Shown in pieces: positions 18,423 to 27,508 of a stretch of DNA of 64,000 nucleotides. The position numbers were made by a program, and so were the translations under genes. The notes under the pieces are model-generated. The model was not told the origin of the DNA. It searched no databases and was given only the letters and a program-made list of their open reading frames with translations. The stretch is from the NCBI GenBank assembly GCA_039593355.1, contig JBCNPK010000011.1, forward strand, positions 25,039 through 89,038, read 5' to 3'. Positions within the stretch are counted from its first letter, which is position 1; every line of letters begins with the position of its first letter. The DNA is from Pseudoduganella sp. Lineage in GTDB: Bacteria > Pseudomonadota > Gammaproteobacteria > Burkholderiales > Burkholderiaceae_D.

Positions 18423-21202
18423 TCGCCTTCGAACTCAATGGCCGCGCAGTGTACGCCGAAGAGGGCGAGACCCTGCTGCAAGCAGCGCGCCGGGAAGGCG
18501 TCGAGATCCCGCACCTGTGCTACAAGGATGGCATGGCCGCTGCCGGCAACTGCCGCGCATGCATGGTGGAGATCGAAGGCGAACGCGTGCTGGCACCTTC
18601 CTGCTGCCGTCACCCTTCGCAAGGCATGCAGGTCAGCACGGACAGCCCGCGTGCGCTTTCCGCGCAGAAGATGGTGCTCGAACTGCTGCTGGCCGACATG
18701 CCGGAACAGGAGCACACGCTGCACAACGAAGTCGAACAGTGGGCGGCGCGGCTCGCCGTCGGCAAGCCGCGCTTCGCTGCGCGCCGGCAGCCGCCGCGCG
18801 ACCTGTCGCACGCCGCTATCGCGGTCAACCTCGACGCCTGCATCCAGTGCACGCGCTGCCTGCGCGCCTGCCGCGACGAGCAGATGAACGATGTGATCGG
18901 CCTGGCCTGGCGCGGCGACCACGAGAAAATCGTGTTCGACATGGAAGACCCGATGGGCGCCTCGACCTGCGTTGCCTGCGGCGAATGCGTGCAGGCCTGC
19001 CCGACCGGCGCCCTGATGCCGGCGCGCGATGCCGCCCTGGCGGTGCCGGACAAGCGCGTCGATTCCGTCTGCCCATACTGCGGCGTGGGCTGCCAGCTCA
19101 CCTACAACGTCAAGGACAACAAGATTCTCTTCGTGGAAGGCCGCAACGGCCCCGCCAACGAAGGCAGGCTTTGCGTGAAAGGCCGCTACGGCTTCGACTA
19201 CGCGCACCACCCGCACCGGCTAGTCCGGCCGCTGGTGCGCCGCGCGGATGCGCCGCCCAAGTCGGGCGAATTCGCCATGGACCCGGAGCGCGTGCACGAT
19301 GTGTTCCGCGAGGCGAGCTGGGAAGAAGCGCTGGCGCTGGCCGGCGGCAAGCTGGCAGCCATCCGCGACACGTATGGCCCGCGCGCACTGGCCGGCTTCG
19401 GCTCGGCCAAAGGCAGCAACGAAGAAGCCTACCTGTTCCAGAAGCTGGTACGAACCGGCTTTGGCAGCAATAACGTGGACCACTGCACCCGGCTGTGCCA
19501 CGCTTCCTCGGTAGCGGCGCTGCTGGAAGGGATAGGCTCGGGCGCGGTTTCCAATCCCGTCAAGGACGTGATGAAGGCCGAAGTCGTGATCCTGATCGGG
19601 GCCAATCCGGCAGTCAACCACCCGGTGGCGGCGACCTGGATCAAGAACGCGGTGAAGCAGGGCACGAAACTGATTGTGTGCGACCCGCGCCGCTCGGACC
19701 TGTCTCGCATCGCCCACCGTTTCCTGCAGTTCCAGCCCGATACCGACGTAGCCTTGTTGAACGCCATGATGAACGTGATCGTGACGGAAGGCATGGTGGA
19801 CAAGGACTTCATTGCCAGCCGCACCATCGGTTACGACGAGCTGGCGGCCAATGTAGCCGATTACACTCCGGAGGCGATGGCGCCGGTCTGCGGCATCGAG
19901 GCCGATGTCATTCGCGCCGTTGCGCGCCAATACGCCACCTCGCGTGCCTCGATGATCCTGTGGGGCATGGGCATTTCCCAGCACGTGCACGGCACAGACA
20001 ATGCCCGCTGCCTGATTGCGCTTGCGCTGATGACCGGCCAGATCGGCCGCCCTGGCACCGGCTTGCACCCGCTGCGCGGCCAGAACAACGTGCAGGGTGC
20101 GTCCGACGCCGGCCTGATCCCGATGATGTATCCGGATTACCAGCGCGTGACCGAGCCCGCGGCCAAAGCCCGCTTCGAAAGCGCCTGGGGCCTCGTGCCA
20201 GGGGCCCTGGACGACAAGCCTGGACTGACGGTGGTGGAAGTGATGGACGCCGCCAAGGCCGGGCAGGTGAAGGGCATGTACATCATGGGCGAGAATCCCG
20301 CCATGTCGGACCCTGACGCCAACCACGCGCGCGCCGCGCTGGCTGCGCTGGAACACTTGGTGGTGCAGGACATTTTCCTGACTGAGACGGCCTACCTGGC
20401 CGACGTGGTCCTGCCGGCCAGTGCGTTCCCCGAGAAGACCGGCAGTTTCACCAACACCGACCGGCTGGTGCAGATTGGCAGGCAGGCATTGCAGCCGCCC
20501 GGCGAAGCGCGGCAGGACCTGTGGATCATCCAGCAGATCGCGCAACGCCTGGGACTCGATTGGCAATATGGCAGCGCCGCCGACGTGTTTGCGGAAATGC
20601 GCAAGGTGATGCCCAGCATTGCCGGCATCACCTGGGAACGGCTGGAACGCGAACACGCCGTGACCTATCCTTGCCTGGAGGAAGGCGATCCCGGTACGCC
20701 GGTGGTGTTCACGCAAGACTTTCCGCGCGAATCGGGCAGGGCGCGCTTTGTCCCGGCCGATATCATCCCGGCCAACGAGCGGCCCGATACCGAATACCCG
20801 ATGGTGCTGATCACCGGACGCCAGCTCGAACACTGGCACACGGGCAGCATGACGCGCCGCACCGTGGTTCTCGACGCGATCGAGCCTGACCCGGTAGCGC
20901 TGGTGCATCCGCTCGACTTGGCTGCCCTCGGCGGCAAGCCCGGCGACGTGGTGACCATTGCATCGCGGCGCGGCCAGGTCTCGCTGTACGCCCGCGCCGA
21001 CGACAGCTCGCCGCGCGGCGCCGTGTTCGTGCCGTTCTGCTATTACGAAGCTGCGATCAACAAGCTGACCAATCCAGCGTTGGACCCATTTGGCAAGATC
21101 CCCGAATTCAAATACTGTGCGGTGAGGGTGACGCTGGGCGGCGAGGTACAGGCCCAGTCGAGTTTCGGCGGCGGCCAGGCGATGGAGGCGGCACACGCAT
21201 GA
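18419..21202 (+). CDS. fdsA: formate dehydrogenase catalytic subunit (Mo/W-bisPGD, NuoG-like N-terminus), Cys-type
   Basis: 927 aa. It has the N-terminal 2Fe-2S/4Fe-4S cysteine clusters (CRACMVEI, CIQCTRCLRAC, CVACGECVQACP, CPYCGVGC), then the molybdopterin oxidoreductase body. The active-site context HCTRLCHASSV carries Cys where selenoenzymes have Sec. It overlaps fdsB by 4 nt. Confidence 0.9.
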   Translation: MIAFELNGRAVYAEEGETLLQAARREGVEIPHLCYKDGMAAAGNCRACMVEIEGERVLAPSCCRHPSQGMQVSTDSPRALSAQKMVLELLLADMPEQEHTLHNEVEQWAARLAVGKPRFAARRQPPRDLSHAAIAVNLDACIQCTRCLRACRDEQMNDVIGLAWRGDHEKIVFDMEDPMGASTCVACGECVQACPTGALMPARDAALAVPDKRVDSVCPYCGVGCQLTYNVKDNKILFVEGRNGPANEGRLCVKGRYGFDYAHHPHRLVRPLVRRADAPPKSGEFAMDPERVHDVFREASWEEALALAGGKLAAIRDTYGPRALAGFGSAKGSNEEAYLFQKLVRTGFGSNNVDHCTRLCHASSVAALLEGIGSGAVSNPVKDVMKAEVVILIGANPAVNHPVAATWIKNAVKQGTKLIVCDPRRSDLSRIAHRFLQFQPDTDVALLNAMMNVIVTEGMVDKDFIASRTIGYDELAANVADYTPEAMAPVCGIEADVIRAVARQYATSRASMILWGMGISQHVHGTDNARCLIALALMTGQIGRPGTGLHPLRGQNNVQGASDAGLIPMMYPDYQRVTEPAAKARFESAWGLVPGALDDKPGLTVVEVMDAAKAGQVKGMYIMGENPAMSDPDANHARAALAALEHLVVQDIFLTETAYLADVVLPASAFPEKTGSFTNTDRLVQIGRQALQPPGEARQDLWIIQQIAQRLGLDWQYGSAADVFAEMRKVMPSIAGITWERLEREHAVTYPCLEEGDPGTPVVFTQDFPRESGRARFVPADIIPANERPDTEYPMVLITGRQLEHWHTGSMTRRTVVLDAIEPDPVALVHPLDLAALGGKPGDVVTIASRRGQVSLYARADDSSPRGAVFVPFCYYEAAINKLTNPALDPFGKIPEFKYCAVRVTLGGEVQAQSSFGGGQAMEAAHA

Positions 21203-22158
21203 AATTACCGGAGATGACCCAGGCCAGCGTGCCGCTGATGCAGGAAGTGGAAGCGGTCGACGAAAAAGGGCGACGCTCGCTGATCCACATCCCGGCCGAA
21301 CGGCCGCTGACAGTGTACGTGGACAAGCGCGAGCTGGTGACCCTGATGACGCTTGGCGGCGCGCCGGAAGCCCTGGTGCTGGGCTACTTGCGCAACCAGC
21401 GCCTGGTGCGCTCGGTGGAGGATATTGCGTCGATCCATGTCGATTGGACCGTCGGCGCGGCAGCCGTCAAGACGCGCGGCGGGATTAGGAACATCGAAGA
21501 GCGCACGGCGCGCAAAGTCGTGACCACCGGCTGCGGCCAAGGCTCCGTGTTCGGCGACTTGATGGACGAAGTGGACGATATCGTCTTGCCGCCGGACGCG
21601 CGGCTGAAGCAATCGGGCGTCTACCGCATCGTCGAAACCATCCGCACGCTGCAGTCGGTCTACAAGCAGGCCGGCTCGGTGCACGGCTGCGCCCTGTTCA
21701 CGCAGGCCGGCGAGTTGCTGTACTTCGTGGAAGACGTAGGGCGGCACAATGCGGTCGATTCCATCGCCGGGAAAATGTGGCTCGATGGCGTGGACGGCGG
21801 CGACAAAGTGTTCTACACCACCGGGCGGTTGACCTCCGAAATGGTGATCAAAGGCGCGCAGATGTCGATTCCCTTCCTGCTATCGCGCTCCGGCACCACG
21901 CAGATGGGCCACAGCGTCGCCGCCCGCCTCGGCATGACGCTGCTGGCGCGCTGCACCGGCCGCCACTTCCTGCTGCTGACTTCCCCCGAGCGCCTGATAC
22001 CCGAGCCCGAACTCGCCGAGATACCGTCGAGGCCGTGTCCCACCGTGGGGTCACACCCGAAATGGGACACGGGCCCAGCGGCACTATCGGCAGAGGCCGT
22101 GTCCCAAAACGGGTGTGACCCCACGGTGGGACACGAGCTGGACAAGGAGGAGGGCTGA
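21199..22158 (+). CDS. fdhD: formate dehydrogenase accessory sulfurtransferase FdhD, with a repeat-encoded C-terminal tail
   Basis: FdhD blocks GCGQGSVFG, EDVGRHNAVD and FLLSRSGTTQMG. The conserved domain ends near LLLTSPERL (about 22005). The remaining 50 codons read through a REP pair before the TGA at 22156-22158. Confidence 0.85.
   Translation: MKLPEMTQASVPLMQEVEAVDEKGRRSLIHIPAERPLTVYVDKRELVTLMTLGGAPEALVLGYLRNQRLVRSVEDIASIHVDWTVGAAAVKTRGGIRNIEERTARKVVTTGCGQGSVFGDLMDEVDDIVLPPDARLKQSGVYRIVETIRTLQSVYKQAGSVHGCALFTQAGELLYFVEDVGRHNAVDSIAGKMWLDGVDGGDKVFYTTGRLTSEMVIKGAQMSIPFLLSRSGTTQMGHSVAARLGMTLLARCTGRHFLLLTSPERLIPEPELAEIPSRPCPTVGSHPKWDTGPAALSAEAVSQNGCDPTVGHELDKEEG
22030..22135. repeat. inverted pair of REP-like hairpin units (GAGGCCGTGTCCC...GGGACACG)
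   Basis: Unit 1 is 22030-22072 and unit 2 is 22093-22135. Both have the CCGTGTCCC/GGGACACGG stem. The 22-nt loop of unit 2 (AAAACGGGTGTGACCCCACGGT) is the reverse complement of the loop of unit 1 (ACCGTGGGGTCACACCCGAAAT) except for the four terminal A/T bases. Confidence 0.8.
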
Positions 22159-22866
22159 GTGGGGGTGCTGGAGGCGGTGCACGGGGCGTTCAGGATGCTG
22201 TTCGACGGCGATCCGGTGCTGTGGCGTATCGTGTGGGTTTCGCTTAGTACCAGCATCATCGGGCTCCTGATTGCGACGCCGTTTGCCGTGGCCGGCGGTT
22301 ATGCCATTGCGATGTCGCAGTTCCGTGGGCGGCGCGTGGTGATCTGGCTGGTGCAGGCTGCGCTTTCCTTGCCGACGGTGCTGATCGGCCTTCTGCTGTA
22401 TATGATGCTGTCGCGGCATGGGCCGATGGGCGGTCTGCAGTGGCTGTTCTCGCAGCCGGGCATCGTGGCCGGCCAGGTGCTGATTGCGCTGCCGGTACTG
22501 CTGGCGTTCACGCTGGCGGCGGTGCAGGCGGCCGATCCGCGTTTTGCGGAAACCGCCATCGCACATGGCGCCTCCCGTTGGCGTGTCATGGCGACCTTGC
22601 TGTATGAAGTGCGCTTTGGCGTGATGGCGGCGATTATCAGTGGCTTTGGGCGCGTGATCTCGGAAGTTGGCTGCGCGATGATGGTCGGCGGGAACATCGC
22701 TGGCGAAACGCGCACGATCACCACGGCAATCGCGCTCGAAACCAGCAAGGGAGAGTTCGCACAGGGCATAGCGCTGGGTGTAGTGTTGGTGGCTATCGCG
22801 CTGGCAATGAACGGCGCCATGATGGTGCTGCAGGGCGATGCCCATGCGGCCAGGGGGAGGGGATGA
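22159..22866 (+). CDS. tupB: tungstate-type ABC transporter permease (TupB-like)
   Basis: 235-aa permease with five or more TM segments. It resembles the TupB family (EAA-like loop AIAHGASRWRVMATLLYEVRFG; GNIAGETRTITTAIALE). It has a GTG start with AGGAGG upstream. Confidence 0.75.
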   Translation: MGVLEAVHGAFRMLFDGDPVLWRIVWVSLSTSIIGLLIATPFAVAGGYAIAMSQFRGRRVVIWLVQAALSLPTVLIGLLLYMMLSRHGPMGGLQWLFSQPGIVAGQVLIALPVLLAFTLAAVQAADPRFAETAIAHGASRWRVMATLLYEVRFGVMAAIISGFGRVISEVGCAMMVGGNIAGETRTITTAIALETSKGEFAQGIALGVVLVAIALAMNGAMMVLQGDAHAARGRG

Positions 22867-23516
22867 CGCCTATGCTGTCGATCGCTCGCCTGACGAAGCG
22901 CTATGGGGACCATCTTCTGTTCGACCTGCGGGATTTCCAGCTTGACGCCGCCCGCGCCTATGTGTTGACCGGCGTGAACGGCGCCGGCAAAAGCACTTTG
23001 CTGCGTGTGCTGGCTGGCCTGGCGCCTGCCGATGCGGAGGGCGTCCATTTTGCCGGCGAAGCGGTGACACTGGCACCTTATCCTGCATCCCTGCGCCGCA
23101 GCATCGTCTACGTGCACCAGCATCCGGTGATGTTTTCGACCAGCGTGGCGGGCAATATCGGCTATGGGCTGCATGCGCGCGGGATGGCGCGCGGCGAGGC
23201 CGTGCAATTGGTCGAGGAGGCCATGCACTGGGCTGGCGTGCAGCACCTGCGCGGCAGCCGGCCGGCGACGCTATCGGGCGGCGAAAAGCAGAGGGTGGCG
23301 CTGGCGCGCGCCAAAGTCCTGCATCCGCGCCTGTTGCTGCTCGACGAGCCCACGGCAAGCCTTGATGGCGAGGCGCGCGAACAGGTGTTGGCCTTGATTC
23401 CATCGCTGACCCAGGCCGGCAGCACCGTCGTCATGGCCTGCCATGACCGTGACCTGATCAACCTGCCCGATGTGCGGCGCCTGAAGCTGCGCGACGGCCA
23501 ACTTGAGGAGAAATGA
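22863..23516 (+). CDS. tupC: ABC transporter ATP-binding protein (TupC-like)
   Basis: Walker A GVNGAGKST, signature LSGGEKQRVALA, Walker B LLLLDEP. 4-nt overlap with the permease gene. Confidence 0.8.
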   Translation: MTPMLSIARLTKRYGDHLLFDLRDFQLDAARAYVLTGVNGAGKSTLLRVLAGLAPADAEGVHFAGEAVTLAPYPASLRRSIVYVHQHPVMFSTSVAGNIGYGLHARGMARGEAVQLVEEAMHWAGVQHLRGSRPATLSGGEKQRVALARAKVLHPRLLLLDEPTASLDGEAREQVLALIPSLTQAGSTVVMACHDRDLINLPDVRRLKLRDGQLEEK

Positions 23517-24353
23517 ATGAAGCGCAGGCTCCTGATAGCAGCTTTTGCCGCGGTGGCATTGGCTGCCGCGCACGGTGCGCAAGCGCAGCAGATCATCCGT
23601 CTATCCACCACTACCAGCACGGAAAACTCCGGCCTGCTGGCTTTTCTGTTGCCTGCGTTCGAAGCCAGGACCAATAGCAAGGTGCATGTGATCTCGGTCG
23701 GCACCGGCAAGGCGCTGGAGCTGTCGAAGAACGGCGACGTCGACGTGACCCTGGTGCACGCCCGCGCTGCGGAGGACAGGTTTGTTGCCGATGGCTGGGG
23801 CGTGGACCGGCGCGATGTGATGTACAACGATTTCATCGTGGTCGGTCCGGCTGCGGACCCTTCGGGCATCAAGGGCGGCAAGGACGTGCTGGCGGCCTTC
23901 CGCAAACTGGCCTCAGGCCCGGCAAAATTCATTTCGCGCGGCGACAATTCAGGCACCGACATCATGGAGAAAGCCTACTGGAAGCAGCTTGGCACGCAGC
24001 CCTCCGCGGCACAATACGTTTCGGCCGGCCTGGGCATGGGCGAGGTGCTGAACATGGCGGCCGAGATAGGTGCCTACACGCTGACCGACCGCGCGACCTA
24101 CGGCGCCTACCAGGCCCGGACCGGTTTGGCCTTGATGGTCGAGGGCGATCCACGCATGTTCAACCCTTACGGCATCATCGCCACCAATCCGGCTCGCCAC
24201 GCCGGCGTCAATTACAAGGGGGCGCGCCAGTTGATCGAGTGGATCACCTCTCCGGAGGGACAGGCGAAAATCGCGCAATTCCGCCCCGCCGGCCAGCAGT
24301 TGTTCTTCCCAAGTGCGAAGAACGATTTAACCGCGCTGGAGCCAGGCAAGTAG
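23517..24353 (+). CDS. tupA: tungstate/molybdate-type periplasmic substrate-binding protein (TupA-like)
   Basis: Signal peptide, then the TupA hallmark LSTTTSTENSGLL and RGDNSGT. It starts 1 nt after the tupC stop. Confidence 0.75.
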   Translation: MKRRLLIAAFAAVALAAAHGAQAQQIIRLSTTTSTENSGLLAFLLPAFEARTNSKVHVISVGTGKALELSKNGDVDVTLVHARAAEDRFVADGWGVDRRDVMYNDFIVVGPAADPSGIKGGKDVLAAFRKLASGPAKFISRGDNSGTDIMEKAYWKQLGTQPSAAQYVSAGLGMGEVLNMAAEIGAYTLTDRATYGAYQARTGLALMVEGDPRMFNPYGIIATNPARHAGVNYKGARQLIEWITSPEGQAKIAQFRPAGQQLFFPSAKNDLTALEPGK

Positions 24354-25208
24354 GGCGTCTGCCACGGCAGTTGGGTTTTCCCGCTGCGGGAAGTGTCCGA
24401 CACCGGCCAGCAGCGCGCGATGGTACGGGCCGCTGAACAGGTGTTCCTTGTGCTCGGAGGTCTGCGGGCTGTTGGCGCCGTCCTCGGTGCCGTGCAGCGT
24501 CAGCGTCGGAACGCTGATCACGGAGTGGTGCCGCAGCTTGTCTTCCTGTGCAGCGTAGAAGGGATCGGGGAAGGCCAGGCCCCAGCGGGCCCGGTAGGAA
24601 TGCACGGTCACTTCAACCCAGTCCGGATTGTCCCAGGCGTGCATGGTGTCATGAAACACGCCTTCGCCGAAATGCCAGGATGGCGACCAGGTACGCCAGA
24701 GCAGGGCCGCGAAGTCGCGCCGCTCCTTGCGCAGGGCTTCCGCACCGCGGTCGGTCGTCAGATACCACTGGTACCAGTAATTGCGCGCCTGGTGCAGGCT
24801 CAAAGCCTGGTGCGGGTCATTGGTGCCCCAGCCGACCGAGAGGGCTATGCAGCGCATCACGCGCTCGGGTGCCAGCAGGGCGGCGTTGTAGGCGGCGCGT
24901 GCGCCCCAGTCATGGCCGACGACGTTGAGGCGATCGATGCCAAGGGCGCTGGCGAAGTCCAGCAAGTCCTGCGCGAGGGCGGACAATTGACCGCTGCGCG
25001 GGGTGGCGGGATCGAGGAAACGCGTCTCGCCGAAGCCGCGCAGGCTGGGCGTAATCAGGCGGTAGCCGGCTGCGGCCAGGGTGGGCAGCACGCCGTCCCA
25101 GGTGTGCATATCATCGGGCCAGCCGTGCAGCAGGAAGATCGGCTCTCCCTGCAAGTTGCCATGCTGGCGGAAGGCAATGCGCAAGCGGTCGGTGTTCACG
25201 TATTCCAT
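24327..25208 (-). CDS. alpha/beta hydrolase (epoxide hydrolase-like fold)
   Basis: Start at ATG 25208 (AGGAGG upstream). Contains PIFLLHGWPD, the nucleophile elbow VVGHDWGA and a C-terminal GHFPQRE. The track ORF extends to 25433. Confidence 0.8.
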   Translation of the reverse strand: MEYVNTDRLRIAFRQHGNLQGEPIFLLHGWPDDMHTWDGVLPTLAAAGYRLITPSLRGFGETRFLDPATPRSGQLSALAQDLLDFASALGIDRLNVVGHDWGARAAYNAALLAPERVMRCIALSVGWGTNDPHQALSLHQARNYWYQWYLTTDRGAEALRKERRDFAALLWRTWSPSWHFGEGVFHDTMHAWDNPDWVEVTVHSYRARWGLAFPDPFYAAQEDKLRHHSVISVPTLTLHGTEDGANSPQTSEHKEHLFSGPYHRALLAGVGHFPQRENPTAVADALLAWLQRG

Positions 25209-25269
25209 GTTGCCTCCTGGCTGGCGAAGCGTGCCCTCGGAATTATAAGCCTGCGCTATACTGGAACCT

Positions 25270-25704
25270 ATGGAAAACTTGCATATCGTCTGTCCCCACT
25301 GCGACGCGGTCAACCGTGTTCCTTCAGTGCGCCTGGAGGAAGAGGCCACCTGCGGCAAGTGCCAGCGCCCCTTGTTCACGGGCCACCCGGTGGACTTGTC
25401 GACGGAGCGCTTCCTCAAGCATGTTGAGCGCAATGATATTCCTGTGCTGGTCGATTTCTGGGCGCCCTGGTGCGGGCCGTGCCGGCAAATGGCGCCGTTC
25501 TACGAGCAGGCGGCGCAGCACCTTGAGCCGTACTTCCGTGTCGTGAAAGTGAACACTGAAGCCGAGCAGCAGCTTGCGGCCCGTTTTGCCATCCGCAGCA
25601 TTCCTACACTGGCGGTGTTCAAGGGCGGCCGTGAACTGGCGCGCCAGGCCGGGGCCATGGACAGCAAGAGCATCATTGCCTGGGTGCAGCAGCACCTGCG
25701 TTAA
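25270..25704 (+). CDS. trxC: thioredoxin 2 (TrxC, N-terminal zinc-finger type)
   Basis: N-terminal CPHC...CGKC zinc-binding pair followed by the FWAPWCGPCR active site; 144 aa. Confidence 0.9.
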   Translation: MENLHIVCPHCDAVNRVPSVRLEEEATCGKCQRPLFTGHPVDLSTERFLKHVERNDIPVLVDFWAPWCGPCRQMAPFYEQAAQHLEPYFRVVKVNTEAEQQLAARFAIRSIPTLAVFKGGRELARQAGAMDSKSIIAWVQQHLR

Positions 25705-26594
25705 ACGCGCTGCAGCCACCGGCGTATCCCATCGAGCGAGCGGAAATCGGCCACCGAGCGGCAGTCGATGGCGGGATGGCGCGCGGACAGCATCTTGGAC
25801 AACGCGTTGCCTGGCCCCAGTTCAAGCGCCGCGGTGATTCCCCGCTCGGCGCAGGCATCCATGCAATCGCCCCACAGAATCGTTTCGGCCAGTTGGCGCG
25901 AGAGGCGGTCGATAGCCGCACGCCTGTCGCGAACTGGCCCGCCGTCTATGCCGCCCAGGACCGGAGCCTGCATCGTGCCGAAGCGCTCTTGTTCGAGCAG
26001 CCTTGCGAAAGGCCGGATTGCCTCCTGCAGGTAGGGCGTATGCGAAGCAACGGCGACCGGCAATTGCACGATGCGTGCGCCGGGGATGTCGATCTCTGCC
26101 ACATTCGCTGCGGGGCCCCCGGCGATACAGCTGTCTTCACCCGTTTCAATCGCGATGTGGAAGCCGTGTGCGAACAACATGGGGCGCAGCGCGGCGATGC
26201 GCCGGCCGCTGATGGCGAGCATGGCGTGCGGGCTGCCGGGAGCAACGCAGGCGTCCATCAGGGCGGCGCGCTGGCCTGCCAGCGCAACGGTGCGTTCGGC
26301 AGGGAAGGCGCCGGCTACGCCGTACGCGGTCAGTTCGCCGACGCTGTAGCCTGCCACTAGCGCAGGCGGCGGACAGTCGCTGCGCAGCGCTTCCCACATG
26401 GCCAAGCTGCTGGCCACGATGGCCGGCTGGGCGCTGCGGTTGCTGAACATGCTGGCGGGGTCGGAGACGTCGGGCAGGGCTGGCGCCAGCCGGGCCAGCA
26501 GGGCGGCGCCGTGGGCGTCGCCGCGGGCCAGGTCGTACATGGCGGCATGCTGGCCGCCCTGGCCCGGGCACAGGATCAGCAGGCGGCCGGTCAT
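25701..26594 (-). CDS. mdcH: malonate decarboxylase epsilon subunit (malonyl-CoA:ACP transacylase)
   Basis: Start at ATG 26594 (ATGA overlap with the mdcB stop). Contains LLILCPGQGGQ and the GYSVGELTAY active-site elbow. The 173-aa Arg-rich upstream extension of the track ORF is not coding. Confidence 0.85.
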   Translation of the reverse strand: MTGRLLILCPGQGGQHAAMYDLARGDAHGAALLARLAPALPDVSDPASMFSNRSAQPAIVASSLAMWEALRSDCPPPALVAGYSVGELTAYGVAGAFPAERTVALAGQRAALMDACVAPGSPHAMLAISGRRIAALRPMLFAHGFHIAIETGEDSCIAGGPAANVAEIDIPGARIVQLPVAVASHTPYLQEAIRPFARLLEQERFGTMQAPVLGGIDGGPVRDRRAAIDRLSRQLAETILWGDCMDACAERGITAALELGPGNALSKMLSARHPAIDCRSVADFRSLDGIRRWLQRV

Positions 26595-27508
26595 GGGGGG
26601 GCCATGGTGGAGAGGCTGTGCACCAGGCAGGTGGCCGCAAGAAGGTCGGCGGCGCCGCCGGGTGACAACCGCTGAGCGGTGAAGCGCTGGTGGCATTCCA
26701 GTGCGTATTTTTCCCAATGCGGGTTTGCCGTGCCGCCTTCCTTGAGGAATTTTCTTGCGTCGCCGCGTACCGTGCCTGCGCCTTCGGCTCCGCCGCGGTG
26801 GTAGACATTGGTGTCGCTGATATGCGCCATCAGGGCGAAAATGGCGTCGACGCGGGCGTGCAGCATGGGGGCGCCGCGCGCCAGTGCCGCATGCAGTGCG
26901 GGAAGGCCGACGTCGAACACCGAAGGCAGTCCCATTGCGCCTTCTTCGCGTGCGCCGCTGGCGGCATGCTGCGCGGCGGCTTGCAGGCCGTGCGAGTCGC
27001 CAGTGGCGCGCGTGTGTGCTCCCAGTTCTTGGCCCCAGTGCAGCAGGAGGGCGGTGCGCAGCGCGCCGGGCGTCAACGTCATGCGCAGTGCGCGTACGCG
27101 GCCCATGGCGGCGCACAGCAGCCCAAGCGCGAAGATGGCGCCGCGATGCGTGTTGATGCCTTTTGTCGCGGCCATCATGCGCTCTTCGGCCTTGATGCCG
27201 AGGCTTTTCAACACTGCGAAGGGTGCGCCGTCGTAGCCGGCCTGGCAGATGCGGGCGAAGTAGTGGCGCAGCGCGAACAGGCTGCGCATGAATGTGGCGG
27301 CGTTCATGTCGGTGTGGCTGCCGTTGTCGATGAAGGATACCAGGCCGGGTTTGGGATAGAGCCCCAGTTCGTGGTACAGGCTGCGAACGGCACGCAGGGC
27401 AACTTCGCGGGATAGTTCGTGCGCTGGATGACGGCGGGGCCCGGCCGCCGCGCTGGCAGAGCTGTGCGCCTGGGCATTGCGATCGATGCGGGTGGCAAGC
27501 AGGGTCAC
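26591..27508 (-). CDS. mdcB: triphosphoribosyl-dephospho-CoA synthase
   Basis: LYPKPGLVSFIDNGSHTDM and KGINTHRGAIFALGLL are MdcB/CitG blocks. GTG start at 27508 overlaps the mdcG stop (GTGA). Confidence 0.85.
   Translation of the reverse strand: MTLLATRIDRNAQAHSSASAAAGPRRHPAHELSREVALRAVRSLYHELGLYPKPGLVSFIDNGSHTDMNAATFMRSLFALRHYFARICQAGYDGAPFAVLKSLGIKAEERMMAATKGINTHRGAIFALGLLCAAMGRVRALRMTLTPGALRTALLLHWGQELGAHTRATGDSHGLQAAAQHAASGAREEGAMGLPSVFDVGLPALHAALARGAPMLHARVDAIFALMAHISDTNVYHRGGAEGAGTVRGDARKFLKEGGTANPHWEKYALECHQRFTAQRLSPGGAADLLAATCLVHSLSTMAPP

Noticed and set aside
19220-21196. 658-aa minus-strand ORF inside fdsA, and similar long antisense ORFs at 16839-18032, 44584-46203, 59049-60632 and 53586-55268
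   Set aside because: All of them overlap genes with strong family evidence on the other strand and translate to Arg/Ala/Gly/His-rich, motif-free sequence.
18419-21202. Selenocysteine recoding in the formate dehydrogenase catalytic subunit
   Set aside because: The ORF is uninterrupted, with no in-frame TGA. The active-site position reads Cys (HCTRLCHASSV), so no SECIS element is expected.
26595-27116. 173-aa N-terminal extension of the mdcH ORF in the track (471 aa total)
   Set aside because: The extension is extremely Arg/Pro-rich and overlaps mdcB in another frame. The MdcH homology starts at MTGRLLILCPGQGGQ, whose ATG overlaps the mdcB stop. For similar reasons I trimmed the upstream extensions of the ORFs at 24327-25433, 36261-37385, 40467-42347, 53724-54986, 54895-55908 and 61373-63835.
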